DNA from: an uncultured Bifidobacteriaceae bacterium
Lineage (GTDB): Bacteria; Actinomycetota; Actinomycetes; S36-B12; CAIYMF01
Direction: 5' to 3'
DNA length: 64,000 bases
NCBI GenBank assembly: GCA_964638055.1
Contig: CAZWXF010000001.1
Location: 63,115 to 127,114, forward strand
This document shows positions 48,401 through 60,200 of the stretch, one piece after another. Position numbers and translations under genes: made by a program. How positions within the stretch are numbered: position 1 is the first letter of the stretch; every line of letters begins with the position of its first letter. The notes beneath the pieces were generated by a model. It was not told the origin of the DNA. It ran no database searches and saw only the letters and a list, made by a program, of their open reading frames with translations.

Positions 48401-48979
48401 CTCGGGACCCAGGATGTCGCGCATGTCCGCGGCCGCGGCGCGGGCCCGGTCGTAGCGCCCCGCCTGCAGCCAGCGGTTGACCTCGCCGGAGGGGCAGCCC
48501 GTCGTGGCGATGATGCCCTTGCCGTGGCGCTCCAACAGCTCGCGGTCGAAGCGTGGGTACTTGCGGTACTGGCCCTCGAGGCTGGCCAGCGAGGAGAGCC
48601 GGAAGAGGTTGTGCAGCCCTTCGGTCGACTCCGCGAGCAGGGTCATGTGCGTGTAGTTGACCTTGCCCTTGGCGGTCCCCTCGTCGCCGACGTCCTGGCC
48701 CACATCAGCGCCGAAGTCGAAGGGCTGGCGGTCGAACCGGGAGCCGATGGGGACGTAGTAGCCCTCCATCCCGATGATCGGGTTGACCCCCGCCGCCCGG
48801 CCCGCCTTCCAGAACTCGTACGCGCCGAAGACGTTGCCGTGATCGGTCATCGCCAGCGCCGGCATGCCCAAGCGGGAGGCCTCGGCGAAGAGCTCCTTGA
48901 CGCGCGCCGCGCCGTCCAGCATCGAGTACTCCGTGTGCACGTGCAGGTGCACGAAGTTCCCGCTGGGGGACTCGGCCAC
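45425..48979 (-). CDS. dnaE: DNA polymerase III alpha subunit (replicative)
   Basis: FVHLHVHTEYSMLDGA (PHP domain), PDIDMDFDE, LKMDFLGLRNLT and YAFNKAHTAGY are present. I trimmed the start to GTG 48979, preceded by GGAGG at 5-nt spacing, which gives about 1184 aa. Confidence 0.95.
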   Translation of the reverse strand: MAESPSGNFVHLHVHTEYSMLDGAARVKELFAEASRLGMPALAMTDHGNVFGAYEFWKAGRAAGVNPIIGMEGYYVPIGSRFDRQPFDFGADVGQDVGDEGTAKGKVNYTHMTLLAESTEGLHNLFRLSSLASLEGQYRKYPRFDRELLERHGKGIIATTGCPSGEVNRWLQAGRYDRARAAAADMRDILGPENFFCELMDHGLEIERRTREDLLRIARDLKLPLLATNDLHYTFAGDADAHEVLLCVQTGKTLADPNRFRFDARDFYLRSAEDMRRVWAELPEACDNTLAVAERCSVEFAEGRNLMPRFPVPEGESEDSWLVKEVERGLARRYPGGVPEDRRQQAAFELGVINQMGFPGYFLVTADLVAHAKEVGIRVGPGRGSAAGALVAYALGITELDPMAHGLLFERFLNPERISMPDIDMDFDERRRSEMIRYATDRYGEERVAQIVTYSTIKAKAALKDSARVLGHPFAVGERLTKAMPPAVMGKDIPLAGIFDENHERYKEAGEFRALYDSEEALREVVDTARGLEGLRRQWGVHAAGVILSAEPLLDVVPIMRREADGSIITQLDMGACESLGLLKMDFLGLRNLTILDDALRHIESNRGEKVVLEELTLDDPATYRLLASGDTLGVFQLDNAGMRALLVRLGPTDFEDISAVLALYRPGPMGVNAHNDFADRKNGRQEIKPIHPELAGPLDALLADTYGLIVYQEQVMAIAQQLAGYSLGKADLLRRAMGKKKKEILDKEYVPFAEGMRASGYSEASIEALWATLVPFSDYAFNKAHTAGYGLVSYWTAYLKANYPAEYMAALLTSIADDKDKSAIYLNECRRMGIKVLPPDVNESQSDFAPRGTDVRFGLSAIRNVGTNVVESIIRTRTSKGRFADFHDFIDKVEISVCNKRVVDSLIKAGAFDSFGHTRHGLVSIHEQTIDAALDTKRSQAMGQFDLFADLDDDQSEVAAGVRVTPPPTEWDKRTLLAHERDMLGLYVSDHPLFGLENVLSSLADMPISALSGESVSDGQPVTVAGLVTGVQRKTTRAKGEPWALFTLEDLAGSVEVLCFPALYATAGPHIAEDRVLVVRGRIDRGDEGAAKLRATDISAPNVVEDGRSAPVALHLDVSRCIPPVVARLREVLAGHPGMAPVHLHIRNGARTTVLSIDERLRVSPSSALYGDLKALLGPHCLG

Positions 48980-49254
48980 GGGGCCTCCAAGACCGTCGGG
49001 AAGGGGCTGTGCGTCGGGCTCGATCCTAGGGCCTGTCTGATGGATCGACGGCTGGGCGGCGCGGCTCCCGTGGGGGCGTTCGCGGCGTCCTCGTCGGTCG
49101 ACGCACCCGCCGGGTGCGCCTCCCTCCTCCTCCTTGCGAACACTCCCACGGAAACCGCTCGCTGCCAGCGGACCCATCAGACAGGCCCTGCTCGCGAGCC
49201 CGACATCACCCTGAAGGCGCCGATCCGGCGGGGCTCCGGTGGCAGACTCGGGCC

Positions 49255-49752
49255 ATGCCCAAGAAGGCGCCGGGCCGGGCAGGCACGCCTGCGACCCGCA
49301 TCCTGGCGGATGCCGCGGTGACCCACGTCCTGCGGACCTACAAGGACGATCCTCGGTCGGACTCCTCCGGCCCCGCCGCCGCCGCTGAGCTCGGCGTGCC
49401 CCCGGATCGGATCCTCACGACGCTGCTGGCCGATGTGGACGGCGACCTGGTCGTGGGGATCGTGCCGGTCTCCGGGACGCTCGACTTCAGCCTGCTGGCG
49501 GCGGCGGTCGGCGGGAAGCGGGCTGCCATGGCCCCCGTGGAGCAGGCCGAGAGGGCGACCGGCTACGTGGCCGGGGGCATCTCCCCGCTTGGCCAGCGCA
49601 CAGCGCATCCGACGGTCCTGGACGAGTCGGCGCTGAGGCACTCGACGGTCCTCGTGTCGGGCGGGCGTCGGGGCCTGGACGTCGAGATCGACCCACACGA
49701 CCTGATGGACCTGACGAACGCCCGCGCCGCCCCCATCTCCCGGCGGAGCTGA
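49255..49752 (+). CDS. ybaK: YbaK/EbsC-family Cys-tRNA(Pro)/aminoacyl-tRNA deacylase
   Basis: Its size and the segments TLLADVDGDLVVGIVPVSGTLD...GYVAGGISPLG resemble the YbaK domain. I trimmed the start to ATG 49255. Confidence 0.7.
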   Translation: MPKKAPGRAGTPATRILADAAVTHVLRTYKDDPRSDSSGPAAAAELGVPPDRILTTLLADVDGDLVVGIVPVSGTLDFSLLAAAVGGKRAAMAPVEQAERATGYVAGGISPLGQRTAHPTVLDESALRHSTVLVSGGRRGLDVEIDPHDLMDLTNARAAPISRRS

Positions 49753-49876
49753 GGCTCGCCGGGCCCGGACCCTGCCGGGTCGGGGGCCTGGCGGCTGGGC
49801 GGTACGGTTGGGGGACAGTTCCGGGGGACACGGTCGGCAGGGAAGGCATGCGCCGCCCGCGGTCAGGCCGGCAGGG

Positions 49877-51016
49877 ATGCGAGCAGGAGGGCATGTGCTG
49901 GTCACCTACTACGCGGCGACCTGCGCCATCCTGACCGCCGTCGTCGCGTTCTGGGTCACGGGGTGGACCGAGGAGCTGGGGCTGCGCGGGCTGATCTCCT
50001 GGGCCGTCGTCGTCACGGGTGGGACCGCGCTGGCGGTGCTGGTGGGCCGGGGCCTCCTGGCCCTGGACTCGTCCGGGCTGATCAACGTGGTCTTCCGTCA
50101 GGTCGTCATCGGCCTCCCCCTGGCAGCGGTCCTGATCGGGATCCGGTCGCTGCGTCGGGGCTGGAGCGGGTCGACCACACCGGCCGCGACAGTCGCCCTC
50201 GTGCTGGCCCTCCTGATGGCTCCCCTGGGCTACTACATGGCGAACGTCGAGCCCGACCGGCTCGTGGTGCGCGAGGCGAGCATGACCGTGTCGACGATGG
50301 CCAAGGGACAGAGCCTGCGTGTGGGCGTCCTGAGCGACCTGCACACGACCTCCGTGGGAGACCTCGAGCAGCGCGCGGTGGAGGCCCTCATGGCTGCGCA
50401 GCCCGACCTCATCCTGATCCCGGGCGACATCTTCCAGGCCTCCGAGGATGCCTTCCAGCAGGAGCTTCCAGCGCTCCGCGCCCTCCTGGCACAGCTGCAG
50501 GCGCCGGGTGGCGTCTTCCTGGTGCCCGGCGACGTCGACACCATGGACAGGCTCGCCGCGCTGACAGAGGGCTCGGACATCCAGGTGCTCGAGAACCAGG
50601 TCGTGACCACCAAGGTCAACGAGGTGCGCGTCCGCATCGCCGGCCTGGGGCAGGACTACACATCCCCTGAGGCTTTGGCCGCCGCGCGGAGCCTGGAGCG
50701 GGCGCGCAAGCCGGGCGAGGCCCGCATCCTCCTGGTGCACCGCCCGGATGCGATCGGTGTGGTCCCGGCGACTGGCTCGCGGACAGACCTCGTCGTGGCC
50801 GGCCACACGCACGGCGGGCAGGTGGTCCTGCCCCTGATCGGCCCGCTCATGACGCAGTCCAACCTCCCGCGCAGGGTGGCCGCGGGGGGTCTGTTCCAGA
50901 TGAGTCAACGGGTCATCTACGTCTCCAGCGGTGTGGGTGTGGAGCGCGGCCAGGCGCCACGGATGCGGCTGCTGGACCCTCCGAGCGTGTCGATCGTGAC
51001 CCTCGACGGGTCCTGA
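49877..51016 (+). CDS. Membrane-anchored metallophosphoesterase (YkuE/calcineurin-like)
   Basis: The N-terminus has about four TM segments. These are followed by VLSDLHT, LIPGDIF, VPGDVD and AGHTHGGQV. The start is uncertain between 49808 and 49877. Confidence 0.8.
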   Translation: MRAGGHVLVTYYAATCAILTAVVAFWVTGWTEELGLRGLISWAVVVTGGTALAVLVGRGLLALDSSGLINVVFRQVVIGLPLAAVLIGIRSLRRGWSGSTTPAATVALVLALLMAPLGYYMANVEPDRLVVREASMTVSTMAKGQSLRVGVLSDLHTTSVGDLEQRAVEALMAAQPDLILIPGDIFQASEDAFQQELPALRALLAQLQAPGGVFLVPGDVDTMDRLAALTEGSDIQVLENQVVTTKVNEVRVRIAGLGQDYTSPEALAAARSLERARKPGEARILLVHRPDAIGVVPATGSRTDLVVAGHTHGGQVVLPLIGPLMTQSNLPRRVAAGGLFQMSQRVIYVSSGVGVERGQAPRMRLLDPPSVSIVTLDGS

Positions 51017-51158
51017 ACCCAGCACGAGTCAGTGCGGGCACCGCGGCGTGGTGGCAGATCCCGCGACGGGACCGGCCAGCGAAGGGGCAGCGGCCCGGGC
51101 GCCGGGATGCCGTCTGCGGCGGGCTGCGGGTGCCGACCGGAGGCCCTAGCCTTCAGGA

Positions 51159-51830
51159 GTGCCGATGGTCGCCCTCTTCCCGCTGAGGACCGTCCTGGTA
51201 CCCGGCCTGGTCCTGCCCCTGCACATCTTCGAGCCGCGGTACCGGCTCATGATCCACAACCTCCTGGAGTTCCCACCTGACGAGCGGGGGTTCGGGATCG
51301 TGGCGATCCGTCCTGGGGCGTCGGCGTGCGAGAGCGGAGCCGACATCTTCGACATCGGCACGATGGCAAGGATCACCAGCGTCGAGGCCCTGCCCGACGG
51401 GCGGTACGACATCGTGACCGTGGGCGCGCGCCGCTTCTCCATCCTCGGCCTGGACGACGACCTGCCCTACCTGCGTGCGCACGTGCGCCTGCACCCCGAG
51501 CCGATCGGCGATCCGCAGAGCACGCAGACCCTGGCGCACCACGCGGTCGAGCTGCTGTCGCGCTACCGAGCGCTGATCGCCGAGTGGGGCGTCATCGACA
51601 TGGCCCCCCTGCGCGACCTGCCCGAGGACCCCGTCGTGCTGAGCTATCTGGTGGGCTCAGCGGTTGTGTGCGACCTGTGCACCCATCAGCGGCTGCTGGC
51701 CATGGTGGATGCCCAGATGAGGCTCAAGGCCGTCTGCGAGCTGATCGCCGAGGAGATCGCCGCGATGACAGCGGTGCCCTCCATGCCGGCGGTGGACATG
51801 GTGTCTCCCTCGCGGTCCTGGTGGAACTGA
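51159..51830 (+). CDS. LON N-terminal (substrate-binding) domain protein
   Basis: ALFPLRTVLVPGLVLPLHIFEPRYRLM is the typical start of a LON domain. There is no ATPase or protease part. Confidence 0.8.
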   Translation: MPMVALFPLRTVLVPGLVLPLHIFEPRYRLMIHNLLEFPPDERGFGIVAIRPGASACESGADIFDIGTMARITSVEALPDGRYDIVTVGARRFSILGLDDDLPYLRAHVRLHPEPIGDPQSTQTLAHHAVELLSRYRALIAEWGVIDMAPLRDLPEDPVVLSYLVGSAVVCDLCTHQRLLAMVDAQMRLKAVCELIAEEIAAMTAVPSMPAVDMVSPSRSWWN

Positions 51831-51965
51831 CTCGAACGGGCCGTGTCGGAGCAGCCCTGTGGGCATGTCCCCGTCCGCAGCGGGCGGCGGCCCCGCGAGG
51901 GGTGGCCTGCGGAGGCGGGGCCCGCGCGCCCCGGGCCGACCGTCGCGAGCACGTAGGATCCGGGC

Positions 51966-53276
51966 ATGATCCGGCGCCTTGACCTCAGGGCGGGGCTGCC
52001 CGCAGACCTCGCCGCAGCGGCGCCGAGGGCCTCGGTCGACGTCGAGCAGGCCCTCGCCGCCGTGGCCCCGATCGTGGCTGATGTGGCTGCCCGCGGGGGT
52101 CAGGCGGTCCTGGACCACGGGGAGCGGCTCGACGGCGTGCGGGCGCCGCACCTTCGCGTGCCCGAGTCGATCCTGGACGCGGCCCTGGCCGGCCTCGATC
52201 CCGACGTCCGGCGCGCCCTCGAGGTCGCCATCGAGCGCGTGCGCATCGTGCACCGCGACCAGCTGCCCGAGCCCCGCATCACCCAGGTGGTGACCGGCGG
52301 GACCGTGACCTCGCGTCACCTCCCGGTCGATCGGGTGGGCCTCTACGTCCCCGGTGGCCGGGCGGTGTATCCGTCGTCGGTGGTGATGAACGTCGTCCCC
52401 GCACAGATCGCCGGGGTGGCCTCGCTCGCCATCGCGTCCCCGCCCCAGGTCGACCATGGCGGGCTCCCGCACCCGACGATCCTGGCCGCGGCCGCCCTCC
52501 TGGGCGTCGACGAGGTCTACGCGGCCGGTGGTGCCCAGGCGATCGCGATGTTCGCGTACGGCGCGGCCCTCCCGGGGGGCACCGTCTGCCGCCCCGTCAA
52601 CCTCGTGACCGGACCGGGCAACGTCTACGTGACTGCGGCCAAGCGCCTGCTCAAGGGCAGGATCGGGATCGACGCGGAGGCCGGCCCGACCGAGATCATG
52701 GTCCTGGCCGACAGCACCGCCTCGGCCGCGCACGTGGCCGCCGATCTCATCAGCCAGGCCGAGCACGACGTACTGGCCGGCTCGGTCCTGGTGACCGACT
52801 CCGCGGAGCTGGCCGATGCGGTGGCCGGCGAGCTGGCCAGCCAGGTGGGGGCGACCAAGCACTCCCAGCGGATCGCCGAGGCCCTGGCCGGTCCGCAGAG
52901 CGCGATCATCCTGGTCGCGAACCTCGAGGACGGACTGGCCGTCGTCAACGCGTACGCCGCGGAGCACCTGGAGGTCATCACCGCTGACGCCGGGTCCGTG
53001 GCGGCACGGGTTCGCAACGCCGGCGCGGTGTTCGTCGGACCGGACTCGCCGGTGTCGCTCGGCGACTACCTGGCCGGGTCGAACCATGTCCTGCCCACAG
53101 GGGGATGCGCCTGCCACTCCAGTGGCCTGGGGGTCTCCACCTTCCTGCGGCGCGTCAGCTTCATCGAGTACGACCGCGCGGCCCTGGCCGGCGTGGCCGG
53201 GCACATCGCGGCGCTCGCCGCGGCCGAGGACCTCCCCGCCCATGCCGCAGCCGTCGCTATCCGGGTGGAGCCATGA
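51966..53276 (+). CDS. hisD: Histidinol dehydrogenase
   Basis: The full-length protein has [32 protein letters not shown] and the fragment HVLPTGG. Confidence 0.95.
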   Translation: MIRRLDLRAGLPADLAAAAPRASVDVEQALAAVAPIVADVAARGGQAVLDHGERLDGVRAPHLRVPESILDAALAGLDPDVRRALEVAIERVRIVHRDQLPEPRITQVVTGGTVTSRHLPVDRVGLYVPGGRAVYPSSVVMNVVPAQIAGVASLAIASPPQVDHGGLPHPTILAAAALLGVDEVYAAGGAQAIAMFAYGAALPGGTVCRPVNLVTGPGNVYVTAAKRLLKGRIGIDAEAGPTEIMVLADSTASAAHVAADLISQAEHDVLAGSVLVTDSAELADAVAGELASQVGATKHSQRIAEALAGPQSAIILVANLEDGLAVVNAYAAEHLEVITADAGSVAARVRNAGAVFVGPDSPVSLGDYLAGSNHVLPTGGCACHSSGLGVSTFLRRVSFIEYDRAALAGVAGHIAALAAAEDLPAHAAAVAIRVEP

Positions 53277-54430
53277 CCACCGTGAGCGCCGACGCTGCGC
53301 TGGCGGACCTGCCCCTGCGCCCGGAGCTGCGCGGCCAGGTGCCCTACGGAGCCCCGCAGCTCGACGTCCCGGTGCGGCTCAACGTCAACGAGAACCCGTT
53401 CCCGCCCGGCGCCGAGCTCGTCGCGGACATCGCCAGCGCCGTCGCCGTCGCGGCGGCCACGCTCAACCGCTACCCGGATCGCGACGCCCTGGGGCTGCGA
53501 GCCGACCTCGCCGCGTACGTCGCCGGCGATGTGGCCCGCGACCGCGTCGCCGGCGCAGCGACGGATCCCCGTCAGATCGGCTCGTCCGAGGTCTGGGCGG
53601 CCAACGGATCCAACGAGATCATGCTCCAGCTCCTCCAGGCGTTCGGTGGACCGGGGCGTGCCGCCCTGGGCTTCGCCCCCACGTACTCGATGTACCCCGA
53701 CTACTGCCGGGACACCTTCACCGAGTACCGGACGCTGCCGCGCAGGGCCGACTTCCGGATCGACGTGCCCGCGGCGCTGGAGCACATCCGGGCGCACCAG
53801 CCCGACGTGATCCTGGTCGCCTCGCCGAACAACCCGACGGGCACGTCGGTGGAGCTCGACGAGATCGACGCGCTCTGTCGCGCGAGCACGGGGATGGTCG
53901 TGGTCGACGAGGCGTATGCCGAGTTCCGACGCCCAGGTCGACCGTCGGCCATCGAGCTGCTCGCGGAGCACCCCCGACTCGTTGTGACGCGCACCATGAG
54001 CAAGGCCTTCGCCCTGGCCGGCGCCCGGCTCGGGTACCTGATCGCCAGCCCGGCCGTTGTCGAGGCCGTCCAGCTCGTCCGGCTGCCGTATCACCTCTCG
54101 GCCGTCACCCAGGCCGTGGCCCGGACCGCCCTGGCTCACGCGGACTCACTCCTGGCCGGGGTCGAGGCCCTGCGCGAGCAGCGGGACGCGATGGTTGACT
54201 GGCTCGCCGGGCAGCCGGGCATCGAGGTCGTGCCCTCCGACGCCAACTTCATCCTCTTCGGTCGTTTCGCCGACCGGGACGACGTCTGGCAGCGACTGCT
54301 CGACCAGGGCGTGCTCGTCCGGGCGACGGGCCCGCGAGGCTGGCTGCGCGTGAGCGCGGGCACGGCCGAGGAGATGGCGGCGTTCCGGGCGGCGCTCGTG
54401 GCCGCACGCCGGCCGGGCGACACGGCATGA
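53273..54430 (+). CDS. hisC: Histidinol-phosphate aminotransferase
   Basis: [20 protein letters not shown] and [14 protein letters not shown] (the PLP lysine) are present. An ATGA overlap joins it to hisD. Confidence 0.95.
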   Translation: MTTVSADAALADLPLRPELRGQVPYGAPQLDVPVRLNVNENPFPPGAELVADIASAVAVAAATLNRYPDRDALGLRADLAAYVAGDVARDRVAGAATDPRQIGSSEVWAANGSNEIMLQLLQAFGGPGRAALGFAPTYSMYPDYCRDTFTEYRTLPRRADFRIDVPAALEHIRAHQPDVILVASPNNPTGTSVELDEIDALCRASTGMVVVDEAYAEFRRPGRPSAIELLAEHPRLVVTRTMSKAFALAGARLGYLIASPAVVEAVQLVRLPYHLSAVTQAVARTALAHADSLLAGVEALREQRDAMVDWLAGQPGIEVVPSDANFILFGRFADRDDVWQRLLDQGVLVRATGPRGWLRVSAGTAEEMAAFRAALVAARRPGDTA

Positions 54431-54699
54431 CGACCCGCTCTGCGCCGGAGAAGCGCCTGCTCCCCGCGCTGGCGGGGATGGGCCGGGTCTTGATCGCCCG
54501 GGTCTCGACGGGCTCGACCGGCGCGGGACGCCCCGCGTGGGTCTGGACGGGCTCGACCGGCGCGGGACGCCCCGCGTGGGTCTGGACGGGCTCGACCGGC
54601 GCGGGACGCCCCGCGTGGGCCTGGATGGGCTCGACCGGCGCGGGGGGCCCGGTGTGGATCGCCAGCATCGCGATGTCAGCAACGACGAGGGAGGACTGA
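54427..54699 (+). CDS. Repeat-encoded bridging ORF (90 aa) spanning the hisC-hisB spacer exactly. Hypothetical; it may exist only to keep translational coupling.
   Basis: Its ATG overlaps the hisC stop (ATGA at 54427-54430). Its TGA overlaps the hisB ATG (TGATG at 54697-54701). The body is four copies of a 13-aa unit ([13 protein letters not shown]) encoded by the 39-bp tandem repeat. Confidence 0.35.
   Translation: MTTRSAPEKRLLPALAGMGRVLIARVSTGSTGAGRPAWVWTGSTGAGRPAWVWTGSTGAGRPAWAWMGSTGAGGPVWIASIAMSATTRED
54501..54656. repeat. MIRU-like 39-bp tandem repeat, 4 copies (repeat family locus B, reverse orientation)
   Basis: The unit is GGTCT[C/G]GACGGGCTCGACCGGCGCGGGACGCCCCGCGTG, at 54501, 54540, 54579 and 54618. 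The last copy is diverged. Each unit contains a CGCGGG-acgc-CCCGCG hairpin. Confidence 0.9.
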
Positions 54700-55282
54700 T
54701 GGGTCGCTCGGCCGAGATCAGGCGCACCACCAAGGAGAGCGACGTCCGGCTCTCGCTGGAGCTGGACGGCTCCGGAGCCACGGACATCAGCACGGGCGTG
54801 CCGTTCTTCGACCACATGATGACCCAGATCGGCAAGCACGCCGGCTTCGACCTGACGATCCTCACGCAGGGCGACATCGAGGTCGACTCCCACCACACCG
54901 TGGAGGACACCAGCCTCGCCTTCGGCGCCGCGCTACGGCAGGCGCTCGGCGACAAGGCCGGCATCCGGCGGTTCGGCGACGCGATGGTCCCCCTCGACGA
55001 GGCCTTGGCACAGGCTGTGGTGGACCTCTCCGGCAGGCCCTATGTCATGCACGACGAGCCGCCGATGGCCCCGATGATCGGCACCTACGACACGACGCTG
55101 ACCCGGCACGTGTGGGAGTCGATCTCGGCGACCGCGCAGATCTGCCTGCACGTGCGCTGCCTGTACGGCCGCAACCCGCACCACATGGTGGAGGCGCAGT
55201 TCAAGTCGGTGGCTCGCGCCCTGCGCACGGCGGTCGAGATCGACCCGCGAGTGATCGGGGTGCCCAGCACGAAGGGCGCCCT

Positions 55283-55286
<4 letters not shown>
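54699..55286 (+). CDS. hisB: Imidazoleglycerol-phosphate dehydratase
   Basis: [24 protein letters not shown] and [14 protein letters not shown] are present. An RBS GAGGGAGGA precedes ATG 54699. Confidence 0.95.
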
Positions 55287-57458
<2,172 letters not shown>

Positions 57459-57461
57459 GGG

Positions 57462-59996
57462 ATGCGCGCGCCACTGAGCTGGATTCGCACGTTCACGCCC
57501 CTGCCGGCCGAGATCAGCGGCCGCGAGGTCGCCGCCCGCCTCATCGCGGCCGGCCTGGAGGTGGAGACCGTCGAGACCGTGGGCGGCGACGTCCAGGGCC
57601 CCCTGGTGGTGGCCGAGGTCCGCTCGGTCGAGGAGCTCACCGGCTTCCGCAAGCCGATCCGGTACTGCCGGGTCGGTGTCGGCGCAGGTCGGGGTGAGGC
57701 TGTCGACGGCCGGGTCAGCGACGAGCGTGGCGTCATCTGCGGGGCGTCGAACTTCGCCCCCGGGGACCTGGTCGTCGTGGCACTGCCGGGGGCCGTGCTT
57801 CCCGGCGGGTTCGAGATCGCCTCGCGCGAGACCTACGGCCGGCTCTCCGACGGGATGATCGCCAGCGAGCGCGAGCTCGGGCTCGGTGAGGACCACGCCG
57901 GGATCATCGTGCTGCCCCCGGGCAGCGGGCAGACCGGCGACGACGCCGGCGAGCTCCTCGGCCTCGGTGACGAGATCCTCGACATCGCTGTCACTCCGGA
58001 CCGGGGGTACGCCCTGAGCATCCGCGGGGTCGCCCGGGAGGTCGCCACCGCCTTCGGGCTGCCCTTCGAGGACCCGGCCCTGGTCGATCCCGAGGCGCTG
58101 CTGCCGTCTGCCAGTGGCGCGGCCGCCCACGGCTGCGCGATCGCCGACCCGCACGTCGCGGACCACTTCGTGCTGCGGACCATCTCGGGTCTGGACCCGA
58201 CGGCGCCCAGCCCGCAGTGGATGCGCCGGACGCTGGTCGCATGCGGGATGCGCCCGGTCTCGCTGGCGGTCGACGTGACGAACTACGTCATGCTCGAGCT
58301 GGGCCAGCCGCTGCACGCCTTCGACCGGGCCCAGCTCTCGGGCCCGCTCCAGGTCCGCCGCGCCGCGCAGGGCGAGCAGCTGGAGACCCTCGACCACGTC
58401 CGGCGCACGCTGCGCGGCCAGGACGTCGTCATCGCCGACGACGCGCGCCCGCTGGCGCTGGCCGGGACGATGGGCGGGCTGGAGTCGGAGATCTCCGACA
58501 ACTCCAGCGAGGTGGCCATCGAGGCGGTCCACTTCGACGCCGTGTCGATCGCCCGGATGTCGCGGAATCACCGGCTGTCCTCCGAGGCCAGCAGGCGCTT
58601 CGAGCGGGGGGTCGATCCCGCCCTCCCCGCCATCGCATCGGCCCGCGCGGCGGCGCTGCTCATCGAGCTGGGTGGCGCCCGGTACGTGGGGAGCTCCCGT
58701 GTCGACCAGCGGGTCCCGGCGGCCCCGGTGACGATGTCCGCCGACCTGCCGGGCCGCATGTCGGGCATGGCCATCGGTGCCGAGCGAGTCGTGCACCTGC
58801 TCGGCGAAGTGGGAGCGACGGTGCAGCGTGCGGGGGACGAACTGCAGGGCGGCCTTCTCGTCACCGCACCCAGCTGGCGCCCCGACCTGACGGGCCGGGC
58901 CGAGCTGGTGGAGGAGGTGATCAGGCTCGTCGGGTACGAGAACCTCCCGGCGCGCCTGCCACAGGCCCCTGCCGGCTTCGGCCTGACGACCGGCCAGCGG
59001 CTGCGCCGTCGGATCGGCCGGGCACTGGCCTCCGACGGTCTCGTCGAGGTGCTGGCCTACCCCTTCATCGGGGCCGCCGACCTCGACGCGCTCGGACTCG
59101 CGGCCGACGACCCTCGTCGCCGGTCCGTTCGTCTGGCCAACCCGCTGTCCGACGAGCAGCCCCTGCTGCGCACGACGCTGCTGCCCGGCCTCGCGGCCAC
59201 GGCGCGACGCAACCTCAGCCGTGGCCTGGTCGACATCGCCCTCTACGAGGTCGGTCTCGTGTTCCGCTCGGCCGCCGGCTCCGACGCCTCGGCGGTCGAC
59301 CTGCGCCCTTCCACGCAGGCGCGTCCCTCCGACGAGCAGCTTCTCGCGCTGGACCGGCTGCTCCCGGACCAGCCGCGCCACGCGGCGGGGCTGCTGGCCG
59401 GCGACCGGGACCGCGCAGGCTGGTGGGGGGCGGGCCGCGCTGCCACCTGGTCGGACGCGATCGGTGTGGTCCAGGACCTGGCGGCGGAGCTGGGCGTGCC
59501 CCTCGAGACCAGGGCCGCGGCCGCTGCGCCGTGGCACTCGGGCCGCTGCGCCGAGCTCGTCGTGGCAGGCTCGGTCATCGGCCACGCCGGGGAGCTTCAT
59601 CCACGGGCGATCACCGCCCTGGGCCTGCCTGCGCGGGCGTGCGCCTTCGAGCTGGCTGTGGACCCGCTGCTCACGGCGACGCCCCCGGTCGCTGCCGCGC
59701 CCGAGCTCTCCACCATGCCCGTCGCCAAGGAGGACCTCGCGGTCGTCGTGGCGGCGGACATCAGCGCCGAGCGTGTCCGGCGGGCGCTCCTGGCCGGCGG
59801 AGGGAGCCTGCTGGAGGGCGTGCGCCTGTTCGACGCCTACACCGGCGACCAGGTGCCGCCCGGCCACAAGTCACTGGCCTTCGCCCTGCGGCTGCGCGCA
59901 CCCGACAGGACACTGTCGACGGCAGAGGTGGCCGCGGTGCGCTCGTCCGCGCTGGCTCGGGCGGCCGAGGAGTGCGCGGCCGTCCTTCGCGCCTAG
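57462..59996 (+). CDS. pheT: Phenylalanine--tRNA ligase beta subunit
   Basis: It is 844 aa and begins MRAPLSWIR. The tRNA-binding, B3/4, B5 and FDX-ACB regions are recognisable by position. It starts 3 nt after pheS. Confidence 0.95.
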   Translation: MRAPLSWIRTFTPLPAEISGREVAARLIAAGLEVETVETVGGDVQGPLVVAEVRSVEELTGFRKPIRYCRVGVGAGRGEAVDGRVSDERGVICGASNFAPGDLVVVALPGAVLPGGFEIASRETYGRLSDGMIASERELGLGEDHAGIIVLPPGSGQTGDDAGELLGLGDEILDIAVTPDRGYALSIRGVAREVATAFGLPFEDPALVDPEALLPSASGAAAHGCAIADPHVADHFVLRTISGLDPTAPSPQWMRRTLVACGMRPVSLAVDVTNYVMLELGQPLHAFDRAQLSGPLQVRRAAQGEQLETLDHVRRTLRGQDVVIADDARPLALAGTMGGLESEISDNSSEVAIEAVHFDAVSIARMSRNHRLSSEASRRFERGVDPALPAIASARAAALLIELGGARYVGSSRVDQRVPAAPVTMSADLPGRMSGMAIGAERVVHLLGEVGATVQRAGDELQGGLLVTAPSWRPDLTGRAELVEEVIRLVGYENLPARLPQAPAGFGLTTGQRLRRRIGRALASDGLVEVLAYPFIGAADLDALGLAADDPRRRSVRLANPLSDEQPLLRTTLLPGLAATARRNLSRGLVDIALYEVGLVFRSAAGSDASAVDLRPSTQARPSDEQLLALDRLLPDQPRHAAGLLAGDRDRAGWWGAGRAATWSDAIGVVQDLAAELGVPLETRAAAAAPWHSGRCAELVVAGSVIGHAGELHPRAITALGLPARACAFELAVDPLLTATPPVAAAPELSTMPVAKEDLAVVVAADISAERVRRALLAGGGSLLEGVRLFDAYTGDQVPPGHKSLAFALRLRAPDRTLSTAEVAAVRSSALARAAEECAAVLRA

Positions 59997-60002
59997 GCGC
60001 GC

Positions 60003-60190
60003 GGGCTCGACGACGGGGTCTCGACGGGCTCGACCGGCGGGGTCTCGACGGGCTCGACCGACGGGACGGGCTCGACCGACGGGACGGGCTCGACGGGGGG
60101 TCTCGACGGGCTCGACCGGCGGGGAGGCGAGCGAGCGTCGGTCGAGCCCGTCGAGACCAGAGCGGGTCTTGGGTCTCGGCTGGCTCGACC
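60003..60190. repeat. Repeat family locus D: reverse-orientation units followed by one forward unit, forming a long inverted repeat
   Basis: GGGCTCGAC and GGTCTCGAC modules recur. The perfect 18-bp arms GGTCTCGACGGGCTCGAC (60099-60116) and GTCGAGCCCGTCGAGACC (60141-60158) flank a 24-nt loop. GTCTTGGGTCTC follows, as at locus A. Confidence 0.9.
60099..60158. terminator. Candidate bidirectional terminator built from the repeat family (18-bp perfect stem)
   Basis: It lies between the convergent pheT gene (stop at 59996) and the amidotransferase gene (stop at 60201). Confidence 0.45.
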
Positions 60191-60200
60191 TACGACCCGG

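Noticed and set aside
45149-49321. A 1390-aa plus-strand ORF opposite dnaE, together with the 919-aa ORF 43911..46670
   Set aside because: These are mirror frames of a gene with unmistakable Pol III alpha motifs. They are low-complexity (R/G/D/V/H-rich) and show no recognisable domains.
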